DNA of 64,000 bases. Origin: an uncultured Gammaproteobacteria bacterium (GTDB taxonomy: Bacteria > Pseudomonadota > Gammaproteobacteria > Steroidobacterales > Rariloculaceae). Position 1 is the stretch's first letter. Each line of letters starts with the position of its first letter. The stretch covers positions 89,807 to 153,806 of the forward strand of contig CAWEOP010000001.1 in the NCBI GenBank assembly GCA_963810755.1. Reading direction: 5' to 3'. This document shows positions 16,638 to 27,239 of the stretch, piece after piece. The translations under genes and the position numbers were made by a program. The notes under the pieces are model-generated. The model saw only the letters and a list, made by a program, of their open reading frames with translations, had not been told where the DNA came from and searched no databases.

Positions 16638-19174
16638 ATGCGCTCCGGTCTTCCGATCGACGAGGCGCTCGCGCCGCTGTGCGCGGCGCTCGAGCGCGGC
16701 CGCAACGCGGTGCTCGCGGCGCCGCCGGGCGCAGGCAAGAGCACCGTCGTCCCGCTCGCTCTGCTCGACGAGCCGTGGGCGCGCGGCAAGCGCCTCGTGA
16801 TGCTCGAGCCGCGCCGGCTCGCGGCGCGCGCGGTCGCGGTGCGGATGGCAACGACGCTCGGCGAGAGCGCGGGCGACACCGTCGGCTACCGCATGCGGCT
16901 CGAGACGCGCGTGGGCAAGCGCACGCGGATCGAGGTCGTCACGGAAGGCGTGTTCACGCGCATGCTGCAGAGCGATCCGGCGCTCGAGGGCATCGCCGCG
17001 GTTCTGTTCGACGAGTTCCACGAGCGCAATCTCAACGCCGACGTCGGCCTCGCGCTCGCGCTCGACGCGCAGCGCCACGTCGCCCCGGAGCTCCGCTTGC
17101 TCGCGATGTCCGCGACGCTCGACGGTGCGAGAGTCGCAGAGCTGCTCGGCAACGCGCCCGTGATCGCATCGACCGGCCGTGCGTTTCCCGTCGAAGTGCA
17201 CCACACGGGCAAAGGCCTTCCCGCGCTTCCAGGTCCCGGGATCGAGCCTATCGACGCCGCCGCGGCGCGCGCCGCCCAGCAAGCGCTCCGCGAGGCGCCC
17301 GGCGATTTGCTGCTGTTCCTGCCGGGCGCGGGCGAGATTCGCCGCACCCAGGCTCGCCTGCTCGAGGCCGACCTCGGCAGCGGCGTCGACGTCTTGCCGC
17401 TGTACGGCGAGCTCGCGCCCGGCGAGCAGGACGCGGCGCTCGCGCCGGCGCGCGCGGGACGCCGCAAGTGCGTGCTCGCGACCAACATTGCGGAGACGAG
17501 CCTCACGATCGACGGCGTGCGCATCGTCGTCGACGTCGGACTCGAACGGCGCAGCGTGTTCGATCCCGCGAGCGGCATGAGCCGGCTCGAGACGCAGCGC
17601 ATCTCGCGCGCGTCGGCCGAGCAGCGTGCGGGACGCGCGGGCCGGACCGCCCCCGGCGTGTGCTACCGCCTCTGGGGCGCGAGCGCGGAGCGCACGCTCG
17701 CGGCATACGCGCCCGCGGAGATCCTGAACGCCGACCTCGCGCCGCTCGCGCTCGATCTCGCCGTCTGGGGCACGGACGCCGCGAGCTTGAGCTGGCTCGA
17801 CGCGCCGCCGTCCGCGACGCTCGCGAGCGCGCGCGATCTCCTGCGGCGCCTCGACGCGCTCGGCGAGCACGACCGCGTGACGCCGCACGGCCGCGCGATG
17901 CACGAGCTCGGCGCGCATCCGCGGCTCGCGCACATGCTGCTCGCGGCGCGCGCAGCAGAACGCCGGGGCGGCCGCGGCGGAGCTCGCGGCGCTGCTTTCG
18001 GAGCGCGACTTGCTGCGCGGTGCGTCCCGAGCCGGTGCGAGAGACAGCGACGTGCGAAGCCGCATCGATGCGCTGCGCCGCGGGCACGGCGGCGAGCACG
18101 CGATCGATCGCGGCGCGCTCGAGCGCGTGCGCCGCGCGGAGCGCGCGTTCCTGAAGGATGCGGGTGCGAGCGGCAGCCGCGCGGTGGACTCGCCGCTCGC
18201 GCCGGGACTGCTGCTCGCGTTCGCGTATCCCGACCGCATCGCGAAGCGCCGGCCCGGCGGCGACGCGCGCTATCAGCTCGCGAACGGCCGCGGCGCGTCG
18301 TTCGCCGAGCCCGAGTCGATCGCGCGCGCGGACCTCATCGTGGCCGTCGACCTCGACGACCGCGGGCGCGACGCGCGCATTCTGCTCGCGGCGCCGCTCG
18401 ATCTCGACGACGTGCTCGAGCACTTCGCGCCCCAGCTCGTGCGCGACGACGAGGTCGCGTGGGACGCGCGAACGGAAGCCGTCGTCGCACGCCGCACGGT
18501 ACGCCTCGGCGAGCTCGTGCTCGAAGAGAAGCCGCTGCGTGACGTGCCGCCGGGCGCCGCCGCGGCGGCGATGGCCGAAGGCTTGCGCTCGCTCGGGTCC
18601 GACGCGCTGCCGTGGGACGACGCGAGCCGCGACTTCGCCGCGCGCAGCGAGTTCGTGCGCGCGCTCGGCCGCGGCGACGTAGGCGATTGGCCCGACCTGT
18701 CGGAGGACGGCGCTGCTGCGCGACTTCCGCTGGCTCGAGCCGTTCCTCGAGGGCGTGACCCGGCGCTCGCAGCTCGAGCGCGTGCCGCTCGCGGCGGCGC
18801 TGCGCTCGCGTCTCACGCACGAGCAGCAACGCAAGCTCGACGAGCTCGCGCCGACGCATGTCGCGCTGCCGACCGGCACGCGCGCGCCGATCGACTACCG
18901 CGACGACAACGCGCCGTGCGCGTCGATGCGGATGCAGGAGGTGTTCGGTTTGGCGGCGACGCCGCGGATCGCGGGCGGCGCCGTGCCCCTCACGTTCAAG
19001 CTGCTGTCGCCCGCGCACCGGCCGCTCCAGGTGACGCGCGATCTCGCGAGCTTCTGGCGCAACGCGTACGCCGACGTGCGCAAGGACATGCGCGGCCGCT
19101 ATCCGCGCCACTACTGGCCGGAGAATCCGCTCGAAGCGGAGCCGACCAAACGCGCGAAGCCGCGGCCGCGTTGA
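16638..19174 (+). pseudogene. hrpB: ATP-dependent RNA helicase HrpB, split over three reading frames
   Basis: Walker A APPGAGKST, DEFHER box, and C-terminal HrpB-type region ...RYPRHYWPENP. The frame changes near 17950-17965 and near 18700-18715. Confidence 0.8.
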
Positions 19175-19228
19175 CCTACGCCGCGGTTCCGCCGCGCCGA
19201 GCACGGTGCGTGCGCGGCGGTACGTTCG

Positions 19229-20449
19229 CTACTGCGGCCAGGCCGGCCCCTGTGCGCCGGCCGGAATGGGAGCAAGCCCGCGATAGACGAACTTCTGCAC
19301 GCGTTTACCTTCGTAGGTCTCCGTCGTGTAGAGGTTGCCCTTCGAGTCGGTCGCGATGCTGTGCACGCCGAAGAACTGGCCCGGTTGGCGGCCGCCGTCG
19401 CCGAAGCTCGTGAGGATCTGCATCTTCGCGCGGTCGATGATCCAGATCTTCTCGTTCATGCCGTCGGCAAGATAGATGTATGTCTGCTGCGGGTCCTTCG
19501 AGAACGCGATGTCCCACACAGCGCCGGCGCCGAGCGTCATCGGCGACACCTTGAGCTCGCTCACGAACGTGCCGTCCTTGCGGAACACCTGGATCCGATC
19601 GTTCACGCGGTCGCACGCGTAGACGAATCCGTCGTTCGACGGCTCGGCGCAGTGCACCGGATTGCGGAACTGCTGGGCGGGCGGCGCGGCCGGGTCGTAC
19701 GGGCCGAGATCGGTGTCGTCGGGCCGGTTGCCATACGCGCCCCAGTAGCGCTTGCGATCGCCCGTGTTCACGTCGAGCACGACCACGCGCTTGTTGCCGT
19801 AGCCGTCCGCGACGTACGCCTCGTTCGCCATCGGGTCGATCGAGATTTTCGCGACGCGCCAGAAGTTCACGGGGTCGTTGCTGCCCTTGTTCTCCATCGG
19901 CTTGCCGAGCTGCAGCAGGAATTTGCCGCCGCGCGTGAACTTCAAGATGTGCGCGTCCATCGGATCGTTGCCGCCGATCCAGATGTTGTCCATGTGATCG
20001 ACGGTGATGCCGTGATTCGACGTGGGCCAGTCGTAGCCATCGCCGGGGCCGCCGAACGAGCTCACGACGTTGCCGTCCGCGTCGAACTCGATGACGGGCG
20101 GGGCGATCATGCAGCATTCGCCTTGCGGGTTGTTCTTGCCCGCGCTCGCCTCCGTTTCGAGGTTCAGCGACTGGTGACGGTGAATGATCCAGACGTGGTC
20201 GCGCGAGTCGACGGACACGCCGATCGTCGAGCCGAGCAACCAGTGATTGGGCAGCGGCTTCGGCCAGAACGGGTCCACCTCGAACCGCGGAGCGACGGGA
20301 CCGGTCGGTGACGCGGCGGCGGGTGGCGGCGCCGCGTTCGCGGCCGGCGGGCTCGATTGCGGCCCGCACGCTGCGAGCAGAGCGGCGGCGGGAACGAGGC
20401 ACAAAGGCGCGAGGAGACGACGAATCGGACGACTCACTGGACGTGTCAT
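19229..20449 (-). CDS. NHL-repeat/beta-propeller lipoprotein
   Basis: Lipobox LLAAC. Repeated ...D..G.vyv.D..n.ri.vf... blades. 406 aa. Confidence 0.7.
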   Translation of the reverse strand: MTRPVSRPIRRLLAPLCLVPAAALLAACGPQSSPPAANAAPPPAAASPTGPVAPRFEVDPFWPKPLPNHWLLGSTIGVSVDSRDHVWIIHRHQSLNLETEASAGKNNPQGECCMIAPPVIEFDADGNVVSSFGGPGDGYDWPTSNHGITVDHMDNIWIGGNDPMDAHILKFTRGGKFLLQLGKPMENKGSNDPVNFWRVAKISIDPMANEAYVADGYGNKRVVVLDVNTGDRKRYWGAYGNRPDDTDLGPYDPAAPPAQQFRNPVHCAEPSNDGFVYACDRVNDRIQVFRKDGTFVSELKVSPMTLGAGAVWDIAFSKDPQQTYIYLADGMNEKIWIIDRAKMQILTSFGDGGRQPGQFFGVHSIATDSKGNLYTTETYEGKRVQKFVYRGLAPIPAGAQGPAWPQ

Positions 20450-20556
20450 GGCTTACCCCCCCAAGGTTGGCCCGCATCCGTGCGTTCGGTTTCCAAAGTC
20501 TAGCGGAAAATGTAGGCTCGGAGCGCTCCGATTTTCCCAGCAGGAACCTCCGTCTA

Positions 20557-21771
20557 GTGCCGAGCGCCCGACCTCGCGTGTTTCTCGTGTGGCTCGCCTT
20601 GGTGCTCGGGGCCGCGCGGGCGGTGCTCGGGCACGAAATTCCGAGCGACGTGACCGTGCAGATCATCGTCGCGCCGGCCGGCGAGCGCGTGCGGGTGCTC
20701 GTCCGCGCGCCGCTCGAGGCGATGCAGGACATCGAGTTCCCGACGTTCGGCCCTGGGTATCTCGATCTCGCCCGCGCCGATCAGGCATTGCGCTCGGCGG
20801 CGCAGGTCTGGCTGTCGCGCGACGTCGGCATCTACGAGAACGGCCGGCGGCTCCCGAGCCTCGAGCTCGCGGCGCTCCGCGTCTCGATCCCGAGCGACCG
20901 CTCGTTCGCAGAGTTCGACACCGCACTCGCACACTTACGCGGGCCACCGCTTCCTAATGACACTCAGCTCGTGTGGCAGCAGGCGCTGCTCGACGTGCTG
21001 TTCGAGGCGCCGATCGCGTCCGCGACCTCGGCGTTCGCGCTCGACGCTCGGCTCGACCGGCTCGGGGCGCGCGTCGTGACCGCGGTGCAGTTCGTCGCGG
21101 CGAACGGCACGGTGCGGATCTTCGAGGCGGAAGGCAACGCCGGACTCGTGCAACTCGATCCGCGCTGGCATCAGTCGTTGCTGCGTTTCTTGCGGCTCGG
21201 TTTCGGGCACATCCTCGGCGGCGTCGACCATCTCTTGTTCTTGCTGTGCCTCGTCGTGCCGTTCCGCCGCGAGCTGCGCTCGCTCGTTTGGATCGTCACG
21301 GCGTTTACCGTAGGCCACTCGGTGACGCTGATCGCCTCCGCGTACGGGCTCGCTCCCGACGCGCTGTGGTTCCCGCCGCTCGTCGAAACGCTGATCGCCG
21401 CGTCGATCCTTTATATGGCCGTCGAGAACGTCGTCGCGGCAGACGCGAAGGCGCGGTTGATCAAGACGCGCTGGGCCGTCGCGCTCGGCTTCGGTCTCAT
21501 CCACGGCTTCGGTTTCTCGTTCGGACTGCGCAACACGCTGCAGTTCGCGGGCGACTACGTGTTGACTGCGCTCTTGTCGTTCAACGTCGGCATCGAGCTC
21601 GGCCAACTGCTCGTGCTCGTTGTGCTCGTGCCCGTGCTCAACGTAGTGTTTCGCTACGTGGTCGCCGAGCGCGTCGGCGTGATCGTGCTTTCCGTGATCG
21701 TGGGCCACACGGCGTGGCACTGGATGGCGGAGCGCTTCGCGGCGCTGCGCCAGTTCGATTTGTTCGGCTGA
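20557..21771 (+). CDS. HupE/UreJ_2-family membrane protein with an N-terminal periplasmic domain
   Basis: GTG at 20557 gives signal peptide FLVWLALVLGAARAVLG. The C-terminal half has FGHILGGVDHLLFLLCL and multiple TM helices. Confidence 0.7.
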   Translation: MPSARPRVFLVWLALVLGAARAVLGHEIPSDVTVQIIVAPAGERVRVLVRAPLEAMQDIEFPTFGPGYLDLARADQALRSAAQVWLSRDVGIYENGRRLPSLELAALRVSIPSDRSFAEFDTALAHLRGPPLPNDTQLVWQQALLDVLFEAPIASATSAFALDARLDRLGARVVTAVQFVAANGTVRIFEAEGNAGLVQLDPRWHQSLLRFLRLGFGHILGGVDHLLFLLCLVVPFRRELRSLVWIVTAFTVGHSVTLIASAYGLAPDALWFPPLVETLIAASILYMAVENVVAADAKARLIKTRWAVALGFGLIHGFGFSFGLRNTLQFAGDYVLTALLSFNVGIELGQLLVLVVLVPVLNVVFRYVVAERVGVIVLSVIVGHTAWHWMAERFAALRQFDLFG

Positions 21772-21840
21772 GCGTCATCGCCTATCTTGCGGTCTCGACC
21801 AGCGTCGCGACGAAGAAGAACCAAAACTAAGGAGCAACGC

Positions 21841-22524
21841 ATGTCTTTGCAGATCATCGGCGCCGGCCTCGGCCGGACTGGAACCTTATCGCTCAAAGTC
21901 GCGCTCGAGAAGCTCGGCTTCAGCCCTTGCTACCACATGGTCGAGGTTTGGGCGAACTTTCCGAGCATCGCCGGTTGGCTCGAAGCCGCGAACGGGCGGC
22001 CGGACTGGGAGCGCATCTTCGCGGGCTACCCAGCGACGGTCGACTATCCGGGCTGTCACTTCTGGCGCGAGCTCACGGCCGCCTACCCGAAGGCGAAGGT
22101 GCTGCTCACCGTCCGCGACCCCGAGGACTGGTTCGAGTCGGCCCACGCCACGGTTTTTTCGCCGCAGATGCGCGCACGGGCCGGCGGATCGCCAGCCAAG
22201 GAGTTCCTCGAGAAGACCGTCTGGGGCGATTTCGGCAGCGGTATCGACGATCGCGACTACATGGTGGCGGCGTTCGAGCGACACACCGCGGAAGTACGGC
22301 GCGCCATTCCGAAGGATCGGTTGCTCGTGTTCGAGGTAGCTCAGGGTTGGAAGCCGCTCTGCGAATTCCTCGACGTACCGGTTCCGAGCGTACCGTTCCC
22401 GCGGCTGAACTCGCGCGAAGAGATGGCGGCGATGTTGGCCGCGGCCGGCTCGGGGCCTGCGGCCGCGCCGGAAGACATCGCGGCGCACGCGAAGGAGTTC
22501 ATCGCGCAATCTCGCAAGCTCTGA
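21841..22524 (+). CDS. sulfotransferase family protein
   Basis: AAGGAG upstream of the ATG at 21841. N-terminal IIGAGLGRTGTLSLKVALEKLGF..CYHM is typical of the Sulfotransfer_4-type family. Confidence 0.7.
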   Translation: MSLQIIGAGLGRTGTLSLKVALEKLGFSPCYHMVEVWANFPSIAGWLEAANGRPDWERIFAGYPATVDYPGCHFWRELTAAYPKAKVLLTVRDPEDWFESAHATVFSPQMRARAGGSPAKEFLEKTVWGDFGSGIDDRDYMVAAFERHTAEVRRAIPKDRLLVFEVAQGWKPLCEFLDVPVPSVPFPRLNSREEMAAMLAAAGSGPAAAPEDIAAHAKEFIAQSRKL

Positions 22525-22664
22525 CTCGCCGCGGGTTGCATGGCCGAGTCTGTGTCATTTCGTGACGCGAACGGCACTACCGCACCGGAGTCGTTCTCGC
22601 CAGCCGCCGCGTTTGAAACTACTATCGCCGTTCGCTGGCGCGTAGCCGCAAAGGCAGGGTCGAT

Positions 22665-23544
22665 ATGAAAGTAGGTTTCGTCGGTTTGGGCCGGATGGGG
22701 CAGGGCATGGCGCGGCGCCTCATGGGCGCCGGTCACGATCTGTGCGTGTTCGACGTGGTCGCCGCCGCCACCGCGCCTTTCGCGGAAGCGGGCGCACGGG
22801 TCTCTCGCTCGGTTCGCGATCTTGCGGGCAGCGAGGTGGTCGTCTCGATGCTCGTCGAGGACGCGATCATCCGCGACGTCGCGCTCGGCGCGGGCGGCTT
22901 GTGCGAGTCGCTCGGCAAGGGCGCGATCCACGTCGTGATGGGCACGCACGGCGTCGCGATGGTGCGCGAGCTCGAGGCGCGGCACGCGGCGGCCGGGCAG
23001 ACGCTGGTCGCGGCGCCGGTGCTCGGCCGTCCGGACCTCGCGGCGAGCGGGCAGCTCGGCATCGTCGTCGGCGGTCCGCCGGCGGCTGTCGCGCGCGTCA
23101 ACGATCTCTTGAGCGCGATGGGCCGGCGTACGTTCGTCGCGGGTGTTAAGACCTGAGTCCGCGACCGCGATCAAGCTCGCGAACAACGCGGTGCTCGGCT
23201 GCGCGATGGTCGCGATGGCCGAGGGCTTCTCGCTCGTGCGCAAGTACGACGTGCCGCCGCAGGTCTTTCAAGACGTGATGACCGAAGGGCTGTTCGCGGC
23301 GCCCGCCTACAAGATCTACGGCCAGAAGATGGTGGACGAGAGCTTCGATCAGGTCGGCTCGCCGATCACGGTCGGGCTCAAGGACGCGAACTTGATCGCG
23401 GCCGCGGCGGATATCGCGCGCGTGCCGATGCCGAGCCACAACGTCTATCTCGAGCGCCTCATCGGCGCGGTCGCGCATGGCGACGGCAACCGCGACCAGG
23501 CCGTGCTCGGGCGCGAGCAGGCGCGCGCGGCCGGCTTGGAATAG
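22665..23544 (+). pseudogene. beta-hydroxyacid dehydrogenase paralog with one frameshift
   Basis: MKVGFVGLGRMG... reads to a stop at 23156. The remainder (..SATAIKLANN...GLKDANL...) continues in the +1 frame from ~23143 and aligns with the intact paralog at 9990. Confidence 0.75.
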
Positions 23545-23567
23545 ACGGCCGCCGCGCGCTCGCCGCC

Positions 23568-23891
23568 ATGTTCGTGATCGAGCTCGTCTACAAAGCGGAT
23601 CTCGGCGAGATCGATGCACACATGCGCGCGCACATGGCTTGGCTCAACAAGCACTACGCCGCCGGGACGTTCCTCGTGTCCGGACGCAAGGTGCCGCGCG
23701 ACGGCGGCATCATCCTGGCTGTCGGCAAGAACCGCGCGGAGATCGAGGCGATCGCGAAGGAGGATCCGTTCTGCAAGAACGGCCTCGCGGAGTTTCGAGT
23801 AGTCGAGTTTCGCGCGAGCCAGCGCGCGGACGACATTCAAGCGCGGATCGCGAGCGGCGATCCGCCGGCTCGCGGGTCGCGGCCGCGGTAG
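23568..23891 (+). CDS. YciI-family protein
   Basis: 107 aa. HMAWL...G.FLVSGR...G.IIL and DPF motifs. Confidence 0.7.
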   Translation: MFVIELVYKADLGEIDAHMRAHMAWLNKHYAAGTFLVSGRKVPRDGGIILAVGKNRAEIEAIAKEDPFCKNGLAEFRVVEFRASQRADDIQARIASGDPPARGSRPR

Positions 23892-23955
23892 CGCCGCCCC
23901 GCCAGGCTGATCGATGCGTGCCGCTTGTCGCGGTCCAACGACCGCAGCGTGATCG

Positions 23956-24375
23956 TCAGCGGACGCGATCGACGATCACGACGCCGAATTCGGTGTTCGC
24001 GGCGAACCCCTTGACGACACCGTCTTCGACCCGAAACTTCACGTCGACGTCGATGCCTTTCAGGAAAAACTCCGTCTCCGACGTCGCAAGCATCTCGAAC
24101 GGCACCATGACTCCAGGGCTCTGCGCGAACAGCCGGCCCTTCTCCAACGTCAACTCGACCGTGAAGTTCGCTCGGCCTTCGTACTTTCCGACGTAGCGCT
24201 CGAGCGTGGCAGCGTCGAGAGTGATCGACGAGCGCTCGACTGGTGCTGGCCGCGTGGCGCCGTTCGCGGTGCGCGTCGTCCCCGCCGGCGGCAACGGGGG
24301 CCGCAGCCCGAGCCAGACGGAGCAGAGCAGAATGGCTCCGCCGAGAAACACGGACGGATGTATGGCGAGTCTCAT
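23956..24375 (-). CDS. membrane-anchored DUF3471-like domain protein
   Basis: N-terminal TM helix. LERYVGKYEG...VELTLEKGRLFAQ...FFLKGIDVDVKF resembles the C-terminal domain found on some serine hydrolases. Confidence 0.5.
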   Translation of the reverse strand: MRLAIHPSVFLGGAILLCSVWLGLRPPLPPAGTTRTANGATRPAPVERSSITLDAATLERYVGKYEGRANFTVELTLEKGRLFAQSPGVMVPFEMLATSETEFFLKGIDVDVKFRVEDGVVKGFAANTEFGVVIVDRVR

Positions 24376-24417
24376 CCGATCTTCCCTATTCGATCACTCG
24401 GGCTCGATGGCGTGGGC

Positions 24418-25784
24418 TCACGTCGATGCCCGCACGCGGGCGTCGGCGCGGCAGAGCATCCAGTCGAGATTTTGCCAACGGCGTTGGGCGACGCCACGAA
24501 ACACCAATGCGGCGGCGGCGAGCGCCGCCTCGAGCGCGACGACCTTCGCGGTCGGAGTGCCCGGTGCCGACGTGTAGACCGCAACGATCATCAACGCGAG
24601 CATCGTCGCGACCGCGAGCGTTGCGTCGATCCAGCCGATCCGCGCTGTGATCATGAGGCCGAGGTAGGTGCTGAGCGCCGTGCCGAGCATCAGCAAGCCC
24701 ATGCCGAATGCGAGCGTTCCCGTCGGCAAATAGAAATAGGTGCCGACCGCCACGAGCATCACCAGCAGCACGCCGAGCGAGTAGCTGTTGTGGCGCCAGA
24801 ACGCGTCCTCGACGCGCCGGAAAAGCTCCGCTCGCGTCCAATGCGCGCGCAGCCACAAGCCGCGGCTACGGGTGGCGGCGACACTCGCGACGGCGCCAGA
24901 GAGGATGCTCAGTATCGTGAGGAAGAACAGCCACGGGCTCGGCGCCGACGGCGCCATTTCTCGCTGGAAGCCGTTGAGGAAATACGTCGCGATCAGGATC
25001 GGGACGACTTGGCCGATCGCGAGACCCCACGGCCGCGCCGTGCCGATCAGAAAGTCGATCTCGCCGCCGCCGTCGTACGAAGCGCCCGCGAGCCGGCCGG
25101 TCAGCGTTTGTTTGAGCCGGCTGAGCGCGCCCTTGAGCCTGGGCGCCAGCAGAAAGCCCGCGGCGAACAGGCCCCAGAGCAGCGCGCAGGCGATCCAATA
25201 CGGCGCGAGCGACCTCGACGGCCAGCCGATGAACCGAATCGGCAACACCAGCGTCGCGATCGTCACGAGCGCGCCGACCAGAAGGCCCGTTGCAGAACCG
25301 GCACCGAGTCGTCCGGTGAGCCACAGCACGACATACATCAGGCTGCAGGTCAGCAGCGAAACCACGAAGGCGCGCTCGAACACGAGGTCGAGCGCCATTG
25401 GCGATCGAACGTAATAGACGGTGATCGTGGATGCCGCGACGAGAGCGACGAGCGTGAGCGTAGCGAACGCGCTCGTGAGGAGCTTGGCGCGGCCGTGCGG
25501 CAGCACGTACACGTAGTGGCTCGACGCGAGCCGCGCGAACAGTGCGGGCAAGCAGCGACGCCCCGAACGTGACGCACAGCAGTCCCGCGATGGGCAGCAG
25601 CGTGAGGAAGCTCTCCTGCGCTAGCGAGAAACGCGACTGCCCGCCTTGCGAGCCGATCAACGGCGGCAGATAGAGAAACGCGGCGGAGCCGCCGATCACG
25701 CCGATCGACGCCGAGCACCGTGATGCCGCGCAGCAGCAGCGTGCCGGTGAAATAGGCGACGATGAGTCGCAGCACGGCTTTCAC
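24418..25784 (-). pseudogene. multi-pass membrane protein (putative permease of the YtrA-type ABC system), frameshifted
   Basis: GTG at 25784 overlaps the ATPase stop (GTGA). The reading frame changes near 25700-25715 and near 25555-25565. The longest piece, 24418..25551, has about 10 hydrophobic helices. Confidence 0.6.
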
Positions 25785-26683
25785 TCGGGCAGCTCCCGAG
25801 GCAGCTCGCGGTGCAGCTCGAGGAAGATGTCCTCGAGCGTGAGCTGCTCGACCTCGACGTCGGCACCGAGTTCCCGCGCCAGAGTCTCGCGCTGTTCCAC
25901 GCGCCAGTCCTGCACGACGGCCGTCGCCGTCGTACCGTTGCGCTGCAGGCGGAGCGCGTTCGGAATCGCGAGCGAGGCGGGCAGCGGGCGCGTCGCGCGC
26001 ACGTGCAGGCGCACGATCGATTCCTTCAAGGAATCGAAGTCGCCCTGCCAGTACATCCGCTGGTCCTTGAGGATCCAGATCCGGTTCGCGAGCCGCTCGA
26101 CGTCCGAGACGATGTGCGACGAGAACACGACGGAGCGGCGGCCGTCGGCTGCGACTTCGATGATCTGCTCGAGGAACTGGCGGCGCGCGATAGGATCGAG
26201 GCTCGCGACCGGCTCGTCGAGGATCAGAACGTCGGGCTTGTGCCCGAGCCCGAGGAGAATCGAAAGCTTTTGCCGCTGGCCGACGGACATGCTCTTGACG
26301 CGTTGCCGGAGATCCACTTCCCATTCGCGGCTGAGGCGCACGACGAGCTCATCGTCCCAGCGCGGATAGAACGACGCGATCACGCCGATCTGATCCGCCG
26401 CCGTCAGCTGATTGATGAGCTCGTCCTGCTGCGGCACGAAGCCGACGCGCGCTTTCGCCGCCCCGGGCAAGCGATAGCTCTCATAGCCGAACAGTTGCGC
26501 GGTGCCCGCCGTGGCCGGCGTAAAGCCGAGCAGCAGCTCGAGCAGCGTCGTCTTGCCGGCGCCGTTCTTGCCGAGCACGCCGACGATGTCGCCCGGCGCC
26601 ACCGCAATGGAGACGTCTGCGAGAACCTGTTTGCCGCTGAACGACTTACCGAGCGCGTTCGCGACGATGTACGGGGCGGTCAT
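25781..26683 (-). CDS. ABC transporter ATP-binding protein
   Basis: Walker A GKNGAGKTT, signature SVGQRQK, Walker B VLILDEP. Start MTAPYIV at 26683. Confidence 0.9.
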   Translation of the reverse strand: MTAPYIVANALGKSFSGKQVLADVSIAVAPGDIVGVLGKNGAGKTTLLELLLGFTPATAGTAQLFGYESYRLPGAAKARVGFVPQQDELINQLTAADQIGVIASFYPRWDDELVVRLSREWEVDLRQRVKSMSVGQRQKLSILLGLGHKPDVLILDEPVASLDPIARRQFLEQIIEVAADGRRSVVFSSHIVSDVERLANRIWILKDQRMYWQGDFDSLKESIVRLHVRATRPLPASLAIPNALRLQRNGTTATAVVQDWRVEQRETLARELGADVEVEQLTLEDIFLELHRELPRELPE

Positions 26684-26687
26684 CGGT

Positions 26688-27056
26688 CTACTCCCAAGCG
26701 TTGTGCAAGGCCTTGACCACGTCGTTCTCGCCGAGCTCGAGCTGGCGGGCCGCGAGCACGAGGTGCTCGACATGCGGCTCGATCTGCTCCATGCGCTTCG
26801 CAAGGGGCGACTGCGTGCGAGTGGGCTTCGCAACCGTCATCGGCTTGCCGCGGTGGCGCTCGAGCACGCCCTCCGTTTCGAGCAGGCTATACACCTTCGA
26901 TACCGTCATCGGATTGATCGCGTGCTGCAGCGCCAGGGCGCGAATGGACGGGAGCTCAGTACCCGGCGGAAGCTGCCCGCTCGCGGCCATTCGGCGGATC
27001 TGCTCCGAGAGCTGCCGGTAAATCGGCACGCCCGAGTGGGGCTTCAGTATGAACAC
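26688..27056 (-). CDS. GntR-family (YtrA-like) transcriptional regulator
   Basis: PIYRQLSEQIRRMAASGQL.PGTELPSIRALA.....NPMTVSKVY..LE..G wHTH. Short C-terminus, as in the YtrA subfamily. Confidence 0.85.
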   Translation of the reverse strand: MFILKPHSGVPIYRQLSEQIRRMAASGQLPPGTELPSIRALALQHAINPMTVSKVYSLLETEGVLERHRGKPMTVAKPTRTQSPLAKRMEQIEPHVEHLVLAARQLELGENDVVKALHNAWE

Positions 27057-27239
27057 GGCGTCCCCCGCCTAAGTGCACTAGTACAATAATGCACTTATGC
27101 CGCTCGGTCAATTGGAAGAGCTGGGCGGCGCTCGAATTTGCGACGCGTATCACGCGACGCCGGCGCAAAGCGTCCGATCGATGCGTCAAATGCGCGCCGC
27201 CGTCGCAGCGCAACAACGCGCGGAACCCGGAGTGGCGAG

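Noticed and set aside
15945-18239. 764-aa reverse-strand ORF across hrpB
   Set aside because: It is antisense to a helicase with clear Walker A and DEAH motifs. Its composition is dominated by Arg/Ala/Glu.
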